DNA of 64,000 nt from Candidatus Omnitrophota bacterium (GCA_903884815.1 CAISGE010000015.1:22958-86957); one strand, 5' to 3'; numbered from the stretch's first letter, positions 38,618-47,546 are shown. Numbers and translations: made by a program. Notes: generated by a model not told the origin, from the letters alone.

Positions 38618-39238
38618 ATGAAGAAAAAACATCCCGCAATCAAAGCCGTGATTTTCGACCTCGGCAACGTGCTTGTGAATTACGACGTCGAAAAGGCGGC
38701 GAAGCGGTTTTCGGCCGCGTCCGGGCTTTCGACTCGTGAGATATGGAAGCGTTTCTTCCTTTCCCGGTTCGAGCAGGCCTTTACGCGTGGCGATATTTCG
38801 ACCCGCGAGTTCCATCGGAGCGCCTGCGAAACGCTCGGCGTTTCCATTCCGCTGAAGGTCTTCAGCCATTACTGGAACGATATCTTCTGGGAGAATCCGG
38901 GGATGGAGAGGCTGCTCGTCCGGATCAAGAAGCATTACCCGCTTTATCTGATCTCAAATACGAACGCTCTTCACTATAACCACATCAAGAAGCATTTTAA
39001 ACTGCTCCGCCATTTCGACCGGAAATTCCCATCGCATGAAGTCGGTGCGCGCAAGCCCGATCTTCGGATCTACCGACGTGTCCTCAAAAAAATCGGTCTC
39101 CGCCCCGAAGAAACCGTTTTTATCGACGACATGAAAAGCTTTATCCTCGGCGCCCGCAAGGTTGGCATGCACGCCATCCGCTTCAAGGGCCGTCTGGCCC
39201 TCCTCAAGTCCCTTCGCAAGCTCGGCATACGTTTTTAA
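38618..39238 (+). CDS. HAD-superfamily hydrolase (subfamily IA)
   Basis: Motif I VIFDLGNV. Motif II LISNT. C-terminal FIDD. Confidence 0.8.
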   Translation: MKKKHPAIKAVIFDLGNVLVNYDVEKAAKRFSAASGLSTREIWKRFFLSRFEQAFTRGDISTREFHRSACETLGVSIPLKVFSHYWNDIFWENPGMERLLVRIKKHYPLYLISNTNALHYNHIKKHFKLLRHFDRKFPSHEVGARKPDLRIYRRVLKKIGLRPEETVFIDDMKSFILGARKVGMHAIRFKGRLALLKSLRKLGIRF

Positions 39239-39334
39239 TCTCTCTCTTCTTTGATAGGGAAAGGTTTCGATCAGAATATAAAATATAATGATAATAATAT
39301 TGATTATAAATGAATTTTGTGGTATTCTTTCGAA

Positions 39335-39859
39335 ATGGAGAGACAGCCGCTGACAACCCAGAAAATAGCCGCCTCGATTTATCTGATCCGGGGATGCAAA
39401 GTTATGTTGGATTCCGACCTGGCGGTCCTCTACGGTGTAGAGACGAAATATCTTAAAAGGCAGGTGAAGCGGAATCTGGAGAGATTTCCTCCAGATTTTT
39501 TGTATCGCTTGACTAAAAAAGAAGTGGCGGCTCTAAGGTGCCAAATTGGCACCTTAGACAGTCCTGGGCGTGGTCAATACAGCAAGTATCTTCCTTATGC
39601 CTTCACGGAGCATGGGATTCTGATGCTCTCCAGCGTCTTGAGTAGCCAGAAGGCCATTCAGGTCAATATCGCGATCATGAGGGTGTTCGCGCGGATCCGG
39701 CAGGTGCTGATTGAAAATAAAGATCTGGCACTACACATGGAAAGGCTGGAGCGCCATGTCGAGCGGCACGGAAAAGATATCCGCTCTCTGTTTGATTTTG
39801 TGGAACGCATCCTCGCGATCGACGAGAAGCCCAAGGGGCCCATTGGTTTTCACCCTTAG
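39335..39859 (+). CDS. ORF6N-domain protein (KilA-N-related, phage/antirepressor-associated domain)
   Basis: IRGCKVMLDSDLAVLYGVETKYLKRQVKRNLERFPPDF matches the ORF6N domain. Preceded by an AT-rich ~80-nt stretch. Confidence 0.65.
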   Translation: MERQPLTTQKIAASIYLIRGCKVMLDSDLAVLYGVETKYLKRQVKRNLERFPPDFLYRLTKKEVAALRCQIGTLDSPGRGQYSKYLPYAFTEHGILMLSSVLSSQKAIQVNIAIMRVFARIRQVLIENKDLALHMERLERHVERHGKDIRSLFDFVERILAIDEKPKGPIGFHP

Positions 39860-39874
39860 CTGCAGGGAATCCAA

Positions 39875-40720
39875 ATGGCAAACCTGTTGAGGACCGCACT
39901 GCTTCTGACGATTCTGATCGTTCTTGTGGTGGTCATAGGCTACGCTTTAGGTGGAAACAGTGGGATCCTTGTGGGCCTTGGTCTGGCGTGTCTGATGAAT
40001 CTGAGCCTCTTCTGCGCGAGCGGCAGGATCGTGTTGGCGATGCACCGGGCGCTGCCCTTGACGGAGGATGAGGCACCGGAGGTTTTTGAGATCGTCAAAC
40101 AGCTTTCTGCGAAGGCGGGTATTCTGGGACCGCGCCTTTTTCTGTTGCCGTCCGCTTCCGCGAATGTTTTTGCGACAGGGCGCGATGCCAAGCATTCTGT
40201 CATCGCGGTGACGCACGGACTTGTGGGCCTCCTCAACAGGGAAGAATTGTCCGGTGTTCTGGGACATGAACTGTCCCATATTCTGAACCGGGACAGCCTG
40301 CTGGCTTCCGTTGTGGCGACTCTGGCCGGCGCGCTTAGTCTGATCGCCTCGATGTTTCGGGGTTCTTTTTCCTGGGGTGGGGAGAGGGACGAGAGAGACC
40401 ATGATAACCCGTTGCCGCTTCTTTTCTTCGCAGTTGTCATGCCTTTCGTCGCGATCTTGATCCGGCTTGCGATCTCGCGTGCGCGAGAATACCAAGCCGA
40501 CGAGTGCGGAGCGCGGCTCTGCGGAAATCCGCTTTATCTTGCGAGTGCGCTGAGAAAAATGGAAGCCTTCTCTTCTCGATTTCCTTTGCGCGATGTTTCG
40601 CCCGCCACGGCGCATCTTTTTATTCTGACTCCGCTTCCCCGTAAACGATGGGCCTCTCTTTTCAATACGCATCCTCCCTTGGAAGAGCGCATGGCCCGCC
40701 TTGAGGGACTGTCACTTTAA
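39875..40720 (+). CDS. htpX: HtpX-family M48 Zn metalloprotease
   Basis: HEXXH = HELSHI. TM segments. 281 aa. Confidence 0.85.
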   Translation: MANLLRTALLLTILIVLVVVIGYALGGNSGILVGLGLACLMNLSLFCASGRIVLAMHRALPLTEDEAPEVFEIVKQLSAKAGILGPRLFLLPSASANVFATGRDAKHSVIAVTHGLVGLLNREELSGVLGHELSHILNRDSLLASVVATLAGALSLIASMFRGSFSWGGERDERDHDNPLPLLFFAVVMPFVAILIRLAISRAREYQADECGARLCGNPLYLASALRKMEAFSSRFPLRDVSPATAHLFILTPLPRKRWASLFNTHPPLEERMARLEGLSL

Positions 40721-40851
40721 AATCTTCGGGGGTCACGTCTATACTTGACAGAAATAAAAGACCGTGGAGAATACCCGCTTCTCAGATCTCGTTTTTGGCG
40801 TCAAATGCACTCCTGTTCTTTTATGTTCCATTTTCTCAGAGGGAAAAATAA

Positions 40852-41397
40852 ATGATACCCACCAACAAGTTTTTGAAGCTTACGGGAATTTTGCTCCTTT
40901 TGGGGGGTGTGGTTCTGGCCAGCGGTTGCGGGCAGGTTGCTTCCGAGAAGGCCCTGGAGGATGGAGCGGTTCTTGAGAAAAATGGAAAGCTTGCCGCGGC
41001 CATGGCCGAATACAACCGAGCGGCCGAGTTGAGTCCCGACAACACGAACGCTTATTATTACCGGGCGATGCTCTATCAAAAGCAAGGGAATCTGGATGCC
41101 GCGCTCGCGGATTATAACAAGATCATTGAGCTTAAGCCCGATTACAGTGATCCTTATTACGGTCGCGGCACTATCTACGACAGTAAGGGACAAAGAGACA
41201 AGGCCATTGCTGAGTACACCAAGGCTCTGGAGAATAATGTCAATAACACCCTGGCTTATTTCAAGCGCGCGAAGGCCTATGAGGCTAAGGGGGAGTACCG
41301 GAAGGCGCTCGAGGACGCTCAAAAAGCCAAGGTGCTTGGAGCTGCTGTAAAGGACGACTTCCTAAGACAACTCGAAGCGGGTGCGGCAGGACGGTGA
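40852..41397 (+). CDS. TPR-repeat lipoprotein
   Basis: Lipobox LLLGGVVLASGC. Four or more TPR units (AYYYRAMLYQKQGNLDAALADYNKIIEL...). Confidence 0.7.
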   Translation: MIPTNKFLKLTGILLLLGGVVLASGCGQVASEKALEDGAVLEKNGKLAAAMAEYNRAAELSPDNTNAYYYRAMLYQKQGNLDAALADYNKIIELKPDYSDPYYGRGTIYDSKGQRDKAIAEYTKALENNVNNTLAYFKRAKAYEAKGEYRKALEDAQKAKVLGAAVKDDFLRQLEAGAAGR

Positions 41398-41454
41398 GCT
41401 AGGGTCCCACCTCATTGTAGAGCGCCCGAGTCTCTCAAGGGGGATGAAGGGCGC

Positions 41455-41526
41455 TGGGGAAGGGGAAACAGCCAACGTGGAACGCCGGGCGGGAAACAAA
41501 TTATTTATCGTCACCCGTTCTCCGAT
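41455..41526. repeat. HPE copy between the TPR gene and pilin paralog 6 (convergent)
   Basis: GGGGAAGG GGAAACA GCCAACG TGGAACG CCGGGCG GGAAAC ... CGTCACCCGTTCTCCG. Confidence 0.6.
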
Positions 41527-41533
41527 ATCAGTT

Positions 41534-42007
41534 TTAAATCGTGCAGCCTTTTGTGGACATGTTAGGATCGCTGTCGGGCTCAACGGCTTTGAATACTTCA
41601 AAGCAAATCCAGATCCCGGAGCCGTTGGCATCCACGTAAGCTAGCCAATTGGTAGCGGTCTCGTCGTACGCTTGGACTGAGAGGTAGCTATGAAAACCAT
41701 AGTACACATATTTCCACGCTTTTGATTTCTCAATACCCGTAAGCCCCAGATCCGCCCAATCGCCCAGAGGAGTCCCCCAAGGGTCCGACTGAATATAAGT
41801 TCCGCTGGGAGCGTCATAACTTCCGTGAAAGTCGTAGTATCTTTCCGCGGCGCGCTTGATGGCGCCGATCATCTGGATAGCCTCGGCGGCTTTTGCTTTT
41901 TCGGTCTGCATGAGCATGCGCGGGACGATAAGCGAGGCGAGGATGGCGATAATAACGACCACGATCAGAACCTCAACGAGGGTGAAGCCCTTTTTTTGAT
42001 TTTTCAC
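41534..42007 (-). CDS. type IV pilin-like protein, paralog 6
   Basis: VKNQKKG then FTLVEVLIVVVIIAILASLIVPRM. GTG start after an AGGAG RBS. Ends KGCTI. Confidence 0.75.
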   Translation of the reverse strand: MKNQKKGFTLVEVLIVVVIIAILASLIVPRMLMQTEKAKAAEAIQMIGAIKRAAERYYDFHGSYDAPSGTYIQSDPWGTPLGDWADLGLTGIEKSKAWKYVYYGFHSYLSVQAYDETATNWLAYVDANGSGIWICFEVFKAVEPDSDPNMSTKGCTI

Positions 42008-42064
42008 AGTTCCTCTCCTTATTCGGGATGATACAGTAACACCTGATATTGCTTCGTCATTCAC

Positions 42065-42105
42065 TTGAAAAAACTATAGCATATATTCGGAGAGTTGGGG
42101 GTGGC
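42065..42105 (-). promoter_or_regulatory. conserved pilin promoter/leader element with extended -10 (TGCTATAGT), copy at paralog 6
   Basis: Gene orientation: CCCCCAACTCTCCGAATATATGCTATAGTTTTTTCAA. Near-identical elements at ~10977, 24092, 36640, 37565 and 38385. Confidence 0.5.
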
Positions 42106-42198
42106 AGCGAAGCGGGAGCTGAAAGCATTGACGGTAAGGGGGGGAGCGGTTAAAATACGGCCGCTTTTAAAACCATCACCCATTAAGGAGAAATAAAA

Positions 42199-42510
42199 AT
42201 GGCTTATGTTATTACAGAGAAATGCCACGGCGAACGTTACGGTCTTTGCGCCGGGGTTTGCCCCGTCGAAGCGATCTTCCCGGGGACTTATCAGGGGAAA
42301 GATTTCATGGTGATCGATCCGGCGCTTTGTATTTCCTGCGGCGCGTGCGCGGCGGAATGTCCCGTGGGCTCGATCGTTGAGTCTGAAGATATGGATGCGG
42401 CCTACGCCAAGATCAACGCCGAACTTGCTGACAAGTTCCGGTCCAATCCCAAGGTGACGCCTCGCTCGAAGGATGAGGCCCCCAAGAAAGCCGGAAATAC
42501 GCTGAAATAA
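42199..42510 (+). CDS. 2x[4Fe-4S] ferredoxin
   Basis: CAGVCPVEA and CISCGACAAECP. 103 aa. Confidence 0.8.
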   Translation: MAYVITEKCHGERYGLCAGVCPVEAIFPGTYQGKDFMVIDPALCISCGACAAECPVGSIVESEDMDAAYAKINAELADKFRSNPKVTPRSKDEAPKKAGNTLK

Positions 42511-42609
42511 AAAAATACGTTGGAGTATTCCTTGCTTGCCTCCCCCGGGACCCGGGGGAGGCAAGCTTGTCTTTGAAGGTTCATCACCGTTATCGATAAG
42601 GAACTCGAG

Positions 42610-43197
42610 ATGTCCTCCGCTTCCGGCTGCAAAGATCCCACCATCCTGGAACAGGCTCTCAAGGAATATGCCGCAGATCTTGCCGCCGAGAACTCCGCCA
42701 TCCGGGTCGTGATGCGAGGCTTGTCTTTGGTCGGAATCGGCATTCGCCCTGTCTTGGACCACCTGATCTTCCGCACTGTTCACCTCAAGGAAAGAGCGCG
42801 TGAATTTATGGAGTTGGGGTATGAGAGGGATCTTACGGCCAAAGTTCTTGAGCATCGGGGACACGGCGTCGAGGTCCTTCGGCGAGGATGCGCGCCGGCG
42901 ATCCTGGTTGAACATCCCCGTGAAAAGGCTGGATTAGATTGGGTGTCCCATTTCGGGGATAAAACCCCCTATGTGATGGCCATTCGGGTGGACGATATCG
43001 AAGATGCGGCGTTCCATCTAGAGAAGCAGGCGGTGGCTTTTTTAAGGCCTCCGGCCGGGAAACACGGGGACATTCTTCGTGAGATCGCCACAGTTCCCAA
43101 TATGAAGGACGCCCGTCCCGCAAGTTATCTTGTTTTGGTCGAACGGCACGCCGGCGATTCGCGTTTTTACGCGCCGGATTTTTGGATCAACGCTTAA
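42610..43197 (+). CDS. hypothetical protein, VOC/glyoxalase-like fold suspected
   Basis: DHLIFRT...YVMAIRVDDIEDAAFHL resembles VOC beta-alpha-beta-beta-beta modules. Weak. Confidence 0.35.
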   Translation: MSSASGCKDPTILEQALKEYAADLAAENSAIRVVMRGLSLVGIGIRPVLDHLIFRTVHLKERAREFMELGYERDLTAKVLEHRGHGVEVLRRGCAPAILVEHPREKAGLDWVSHFGDKTPYVMAIRVDDIEDAAFHLEKQAVAFLRPPAGKHGDILREIATVPNMKDARPASYLVLVERHAGDSRFYAPDFWINA

Positions 43198-43215
43198 GGT
43201 TTCAAGGGGTACATC

Positions 43216-44217
43216 ATGATCATCGGACTGACAGGGAAGAATGGATCCGGAAAAGGGGAGGTCGCGGCTTTTCTGAAAGATCGCGGTTTTCACTATTACT
43301 CGCTCTCCGACGCGATACGAGATGAGGCCAAGAAACGCGGGCTGGAGATCACGCGCGATGTGCTCATCGCTCTGGGCAACGAGCTCCGTGAAAAAGAAGG
43401 ACCGGGCTCCCTGGCCGAGCGCATCTTCGCGAAATTGGATCCTGAAAAACACTATGTGATCGATTCCATCCGCCATCCTTCCGAGATCCAGGCTTTTCGT
43501 CGCCGTAATGATTTCACGCTCTTTCGCGTCTATGCTCCCGAAAGGTTGCGCTTTGAGCGTCTCAAGCAGCGCGGCCGCGAGAACGACCCCAAGGTGTGGG
43601 AAGATTTTCTGGCGCTTGAGGCCAAGGAAGCCAAAAGCGAAAGTAAAACCGACCAGCAACTCGATCAGGCGATCGCGCTCGCCGACATTCAGATCGATAA
43701 CAACGGTCCTCTGAAAGATATCCATGAGAAAGTAAAGAAGATCCTCCTGGAGCTTTCCCAAAAGGCGCCGCGGCCGGGTTGGGACGAATATTTCATGAAT
43801 ATCGCGAAGGTCGTGGCGATGCGCTCCAATTGCATGAAGCGGCGTATTGCGGCGGTGATCGTGAAGGACAAGCGCATCATCTCGACCGGCTACAACGGAA
43901 CGCCCCGCGGGATCAAGAACTGCAGCGACGGCGGCTGTCCGCGCTGCAACGCGATCGACGCGTCCGGCAAGGATCTCGGAGAATGCCTTTGCTCGCATGG
44001 GGAGGAGAACGCGATCGTGCAGGCGGCCTATCACGGTGTGAGTCTCAAGGGCGCCACGCTTTATACGACTTTTTCACCCTGTCTCATGTGCACCAAGATG
44101 ATCATCAATGCCGGGATTGCCGAATTGGTTTACCAGGGGAATTACCCCTTCCTGGAGCTTTCTCTCAAACTGCTTGAGCAGGCCAGTGTGACGGTCCGCA
44201 AGATCCCTTCCTCCTGA
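43216..44217 (+). CDS. fusion protein: N-terminal P-loop nucleotide kinase domain + C-terminal dCMP/cytidine deaminase domain
   Basis: Walker A GLTGKNGSGKGE. Deaminase zinc motifs CSHGEENAI (H/C-A-E) and PCLMC. Confidence 0.7.
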   Translation: MIIGLTGKNGSGKGEVAAFLKDRGFHYYSLSDAIRDEAKKRGLEITRDVLIALGNELREKEGPGSLAERIFAKLDPEKHYVIDSIRHPSEIQAFRRRNDFTLFRVYAPERLRFERLKQRGRENDPKVWEDFLALEAKEAKSESKTDQQLDQAIALADIQIDNNGPLKDIHEKVKKILLELSQKAPRPGWDEYFMNIAKVVAMRSNCMKRRIAAVIVKDKRIISTGYNGTPRGIKNCSDGGCPRCNAIDASGKDLGECLCSHGEENAIVQAAYHGVSLKGATLYTTFSPCLMCTKMIINAGIAELVYQGNYPFLELSLKLLEQASVTVRKIPSS

Positions 44218-44228
44218 CAGGAACCCCC

Positions 44229-45395
44229 ATGACCCTTCCCGAAAAGATCGTTCGCGCAAGTTTCGGGCTCAAGGGCATCGTTCAGCACCAACTCGATCAG
44301 AGCTATCACAGCCCTCTCATCGACAAGATCCGCGCTGAAGGATTTTCGATGAAGATGGGCCGCCTTGAGATCCATCTCGCGAAGGAATTCGGATTTTGTT
44401 ACGGCGTGGAACGCGCGGTGCAGTATGCCTACGAAACGCGGGCGCGTTTTCCTGATCGCCGTATCTTTCTCACCAATGAGATCATCCACAACCCCCGTGT
44501 GAACGCAGAGCTTCAGGGAATGGGCGTCCAGATCCTAAAGGATGACGCCTCCCATGCCGGGATCACGGAAAAGGATGTGGTGATCATGCCGGCCTTTGGC
44601 GTTACGGTCGAGGCGCTGCGGGAATTCCAGAAAAAGAACTGCGTCATCGTGGACACCACCTGCGGGTCGGTGATGAGCGTCTGGCGCCGGGTGGAGGCCT
44701 ACAGCGGTGACGGTTTCACCTCTGTCATTCACGGGAAATACGATCACGAGGAGACGCGGGCGACTTGTTCGCGGGCGGCGAAATATGTGGTGGTGAAGGA
44801 TAAAGCGCAGGCGGAGTTAGTTTGCCAAACGATCAAGGGGCTCGTCGCTCGGGGCTCATTCCTTGAAAGCTTCAAAGATGCCTGCTCGCCGGATTTTGAT
44901 CCGGACAAGGATCTCGGAAAGATCGGTTTCGCGAATCAGACGACGATGCTTTCGCGCGAATCGATCGAGATCTCGGATCTTCTTCGCGCCGCGCTCCGGG
45001 CCCGCTACGGCGAGACCGGGCTTGAGTCTCGTTTTCGCCATTTTGATACGATCTGCTCGGCAACGCAGGACCGGCAGGACGCCATTCGCGAACTCGGCGA
45101 GAAGCATATGGATGTGATCCTTGTGATCGGCGGTTACCGGTCGAGCAATACCGGGCATCTGGTCGAGCTTGCCTCCGAGTTCTGCCCTGCCTTTCATGTT
45201 GAAGACGCATCCTCGCTCATTTCAAGTGACAAGATCCGGCACAAGAAGACGGGGGCGCAGGATATTCTCGAGACCGTGAGTTGGCTTCAGAAAAAGGGGA
45301 TGGACCCACTCAGGGTCGGCGTCACCGCCGGGGCGTCCACGCCGAACCGGGTGGTTGAGGAAGTTATCCAGCGCCTGATCGACATTGCGAACTGA
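44229..45395 (+). CDS. ispH: 4-hydroxy-3-methylbut-2-enyl diphosphate reductase
   Basis: GFCYGVERAV, IIHN, DTTCGSV, NQTTM, ICSATQDRQ, SSNTGHL, GVTAGASTP blocks. Confidence 0.85.
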   Translation: MTLPEKIVRASFGLKGIVQHQLDQSYHSPLIDKIRAEGFSMKMGRLEIHLAKEFGFCYGVERAVQYAYETRARFPDRRIFLTNEIIHNPRVNAELQGMGVQILKDDASHAGITEKDVVIMPAFGVTVEALREFQKKNCVIVDTTCGSVMSVWRRVEAYSGDGFTSVIHGKYDHEETRATCSRAAKYVVVKDKAQAELVCQTIKGLVARGSFLESFKDACSPDFDPDKDLGKIGFANQTTMLSRESIEISDLLRAALRARYGETGLESRFRHFDTICSATQDRQDAIRELGEKHMDVILVIGGYRSSNTGHLVELASEFCPAFHVEDASSLISSDKIRHKKTGAQDILETVSWLQKKGMDPLRVGVTAGASTPNRVVEEVIQRLIDIAN

Positions 45396-45416
45396 ATAGA
45401 CCTCTCGGAGAACCCC

Positions 45417-45962
45417 ATGGCACTCATTGAACTTATGCAGAGAAGGCGGAGCGTTCGGAGATATTCGGCCCGGCCGGTATCGCGCGAAGATGTTCTGAAA
45501 TGCCTGGAAGCGGCGCGGCTTGCCCCGTCGGCGTGCAATTCCCAGCCGTGGCATTTTATCGTGATCGATGAACCGGCGCTTAAAGACCGTATCTCGGAAC
45601 GGATCTTTTCCGGTCTTTATTCGATGAATAAATTCGCTGGAGAAGCGCCGGTGCTCGTTGCGGTGGTCTCGGAAAAAGAGAATTTTCTTGCTTCGTTCGG
45701 AGGGCAGGTCCGGGACACGAGTTATTGCCTCGTGGATATCGGTATCGCCTGCGAGCATTTCATCCTGCAAGCTCAAGAGCTTGGAATCGGCAGCTGCTGG
45801 ATCGGCTGGTTTGATGAAGGGGCTTTAAAAAAGGAGCTCAAAATTCCCAAGAATAAAAAGATCGATATCGTAATCTCGCTGGGCTACCCCGCGGAGGATA
45901 AGATCGTGCCCAAACAGAGGCGATCCACAGAAGAGATGAGCTCTTTCAATAAGTATCGTTAG
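45417..45962 (+). CDS. nitroreductase-family protein
   Basis: RRSVRRY...APSACNSQPWHFIVI motif. Confidence 0.8.
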   Translation: MALIELMQRRRSVRRYSARPVSREDVLKCLEAARLAPSACNSQPWHFIVIDEPALKDRISERIFSGLYSMNKFAGEAPVLVAVVSEKENFLASFGGQVRDTSYCLVDIGIACEHFILQAQELGIGSCWIGWFDEGALKKELKIPKNKKIDIVISLGYPAEDKIVPKQRRSTEEMSSFNKYR

Positions 45963-45985
45963 TCATTTTTAAAAAGGAGAAATTT

Positions 45986-46198
45986 GTGAAAAAAAAGATG
46001 ATTTATTTTTTCTTGGTTCTTTTCGTTTTGGTTTTGGTCGGGACGCCGGTGCTTTTTGCCAAAGGAGATGATTCCTTGATCTCCGAAGAGGGATCGGGAC
46101 CTACGCTTGACCCAGGCACCGGTGGTTGGATCTTCAAGCCCTGCGGGAGTGGTGGTCGATCAGGACGATACGGGGGAAGCAGATCCTTCGGCTTTTGA
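45986..46198 (+). CDS. small secreted Gly-rich peptide (frame uncertain after residue ~50)
   Basis: Signal peptide MKKKMIYFFLVLFVLVLVGTPVLFA. An alternative acidic frame continues to 46289. Confidence 0.3.
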   Translation: MKKKMIYFFLVLFVLVLVGTPVLFAKGDDSLISEEGSGPTLDPGTGGWIFKPCGSGGRSGRYGGSRSFGF

Positions 46199-46308
46199 AG
46201 GCGATTCAGGAGCAACCCCTGGGGAACGGGCTCCGGAGGAGGTTCCGATGTCGGATTCGCCCGTCGATGCCGGAATGGCCGTTCGGTAGAATTTAATTAC
46301 AAGGGACA

Positions 46309-46354
46309 AAAAAAGGGGGACAGGCATTAAGTGACTGCTTGTCCCCTTTTTTTT
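46309..46354. terminator. bidirectional rho-independent terminator (GGGGACAGGCA family; inverted copy of the 28069 hairpin)
   Basis: A7 GGGGGACAGGCATTAAGTGACTGCTTGTCCCC T8. Its loop is the reverse complement of the 28069 loop. Abuts the efp stop. Confidence 0.75.
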
Positions 46355-46925
46355 AAGCGCGGCCGTCAACTTCTCCGGTTTCAGTGTTGACGCGCAGCAC
46401 TGTTCCGATGTCGGCATAAAGAGGTGCGTTGACTTCCATTCCGGTCTCGAGAGTTGCCTTTTTGGTCGAGCGGCCTGAGATCGAAGCTCCTTTGAGCGAA
46501 GGATCGGTTTCCGTGATGGCAAGCTCCACATAGACTGGAAGTTCCAGGGAAACGACGGTCCCGTTAAGTTTCAGCGCCAGCATTTCCTGATTTTCTTTCA
46601 GATAGAGCTTTTGTTCCCCGAGTTTCTCCGCCGTTAGCATGAACTCCTCGTAGGCGACGTTGTCCATGAAGTGATATTCATTCCCGGTGATGTATTGGAA
46701 TACGGCCGGGACTTTCTCCACGTCGGGCACATTGAATTTTTCGCTCGTCTTGAAGGTTTTGTCGAGCACTGCGCCATTCAGCAGATTCCGGACCTTGGCC
46801 TTGCACATGGTGGAGGCTCCCCGCGCCGAGGGTGTCGCGAAGGTGACATCGATGACGTAAAAAGGCTGTCCGTCGACTTCAATGTAAAGTTTCTTTTCCA
46901 GTTCGTTGGCCGAGATCTGCGCCAT
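46353..46925 (-). CDS. efp: elongation factor P
   Basis: About 190 aa, three beta-domains. KAKVRNLLNGAVLDKTF block. Start trimmed to MAQISANEL. Confidence 0.9.
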   Translation of the reverse strand: MAQISANELEKKLYIEVDGQPFYVIDVTFATPSARGASTMCKAKVRNLLNGAVLDKTFKTSEKFNVPDVEKVPAVFQYITGNEYHFMDNVAYEEFMLTAEKLGEQKLYLKENQEMLALKLNGTVVSLELPVYVELAITETDPSLKGASISGRSTKKATLETGMEVNAPLYADIGTVLRVNTETGEVDGRA

Positions 46926-47348
46926 AACCTTCCTTTCCGGATAGGGGTGCCATGGTTTGAATGAAGTGTGCGGCATTCTATACGATAACTTCCCTCCGTG
47001 AAAGTCCTTCTCTTGTGCGTTAACGACCGCTGAAAGCTAGAAATCTCGTCGGATCTTTTGCGGGATCGCACGCGTAAAGCAATGTTGGGCGCCAGTTTTC
47101 GCGCGCAAAAGGCGAAAGATTTTTTTAGTGATTTTCGGGCGCGCTCATAATTTGTATAGGGAGAAAAGTTTCTTCAGCTTTTTAGTATCTCAGAGGGGCA
47201 TAAAAGTTCATGGATGGGTACATGTGTTCAAAGAAGTTGACGGAAAATATAAATGACAAAGATTGCTATATTTTTTCTGGCCTAAGGCTCTTGTAAATGC
47301 TTGATAAGAATGTTAGGCGTTTTAGTGGACGGCAGAACGAAATTAATA

Positions 47349-47546
47349 ATGGAACAGAAAATTATGAAAAACAGAAAAACGCAGATCGAAGCAAGCAATG
47401 GAAGCTACAACCCGGAAATGTTTCCTTGCCGCTCAGGGGACGCCGCGAAAAAATATCTGACGAACTCATCTCTTAGCTGGAGCCCCGCAAACGCATCCGC
47501 CGTTTCGGGGCAATTCAAATTCTCAAAGGGGGCTCGAAAAAAATGA
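47349..47546 (+). CDS. small basic ORF (65 aa) translationally coupled (ATGA) to the giant gene; may not be real
   Basis: MEQKIMKNRKTQIEASNGSYNPEMF... Stop overlaps the start of the 1394-aa gene. AT-rich codon usage. Confidence 0.25.
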   Translation: MEQKIMKNRKTQIEASNGSYNPEMFPCRSGDAAKKYLTNSSLSWSPANASAVSGQFKFSKGARKK

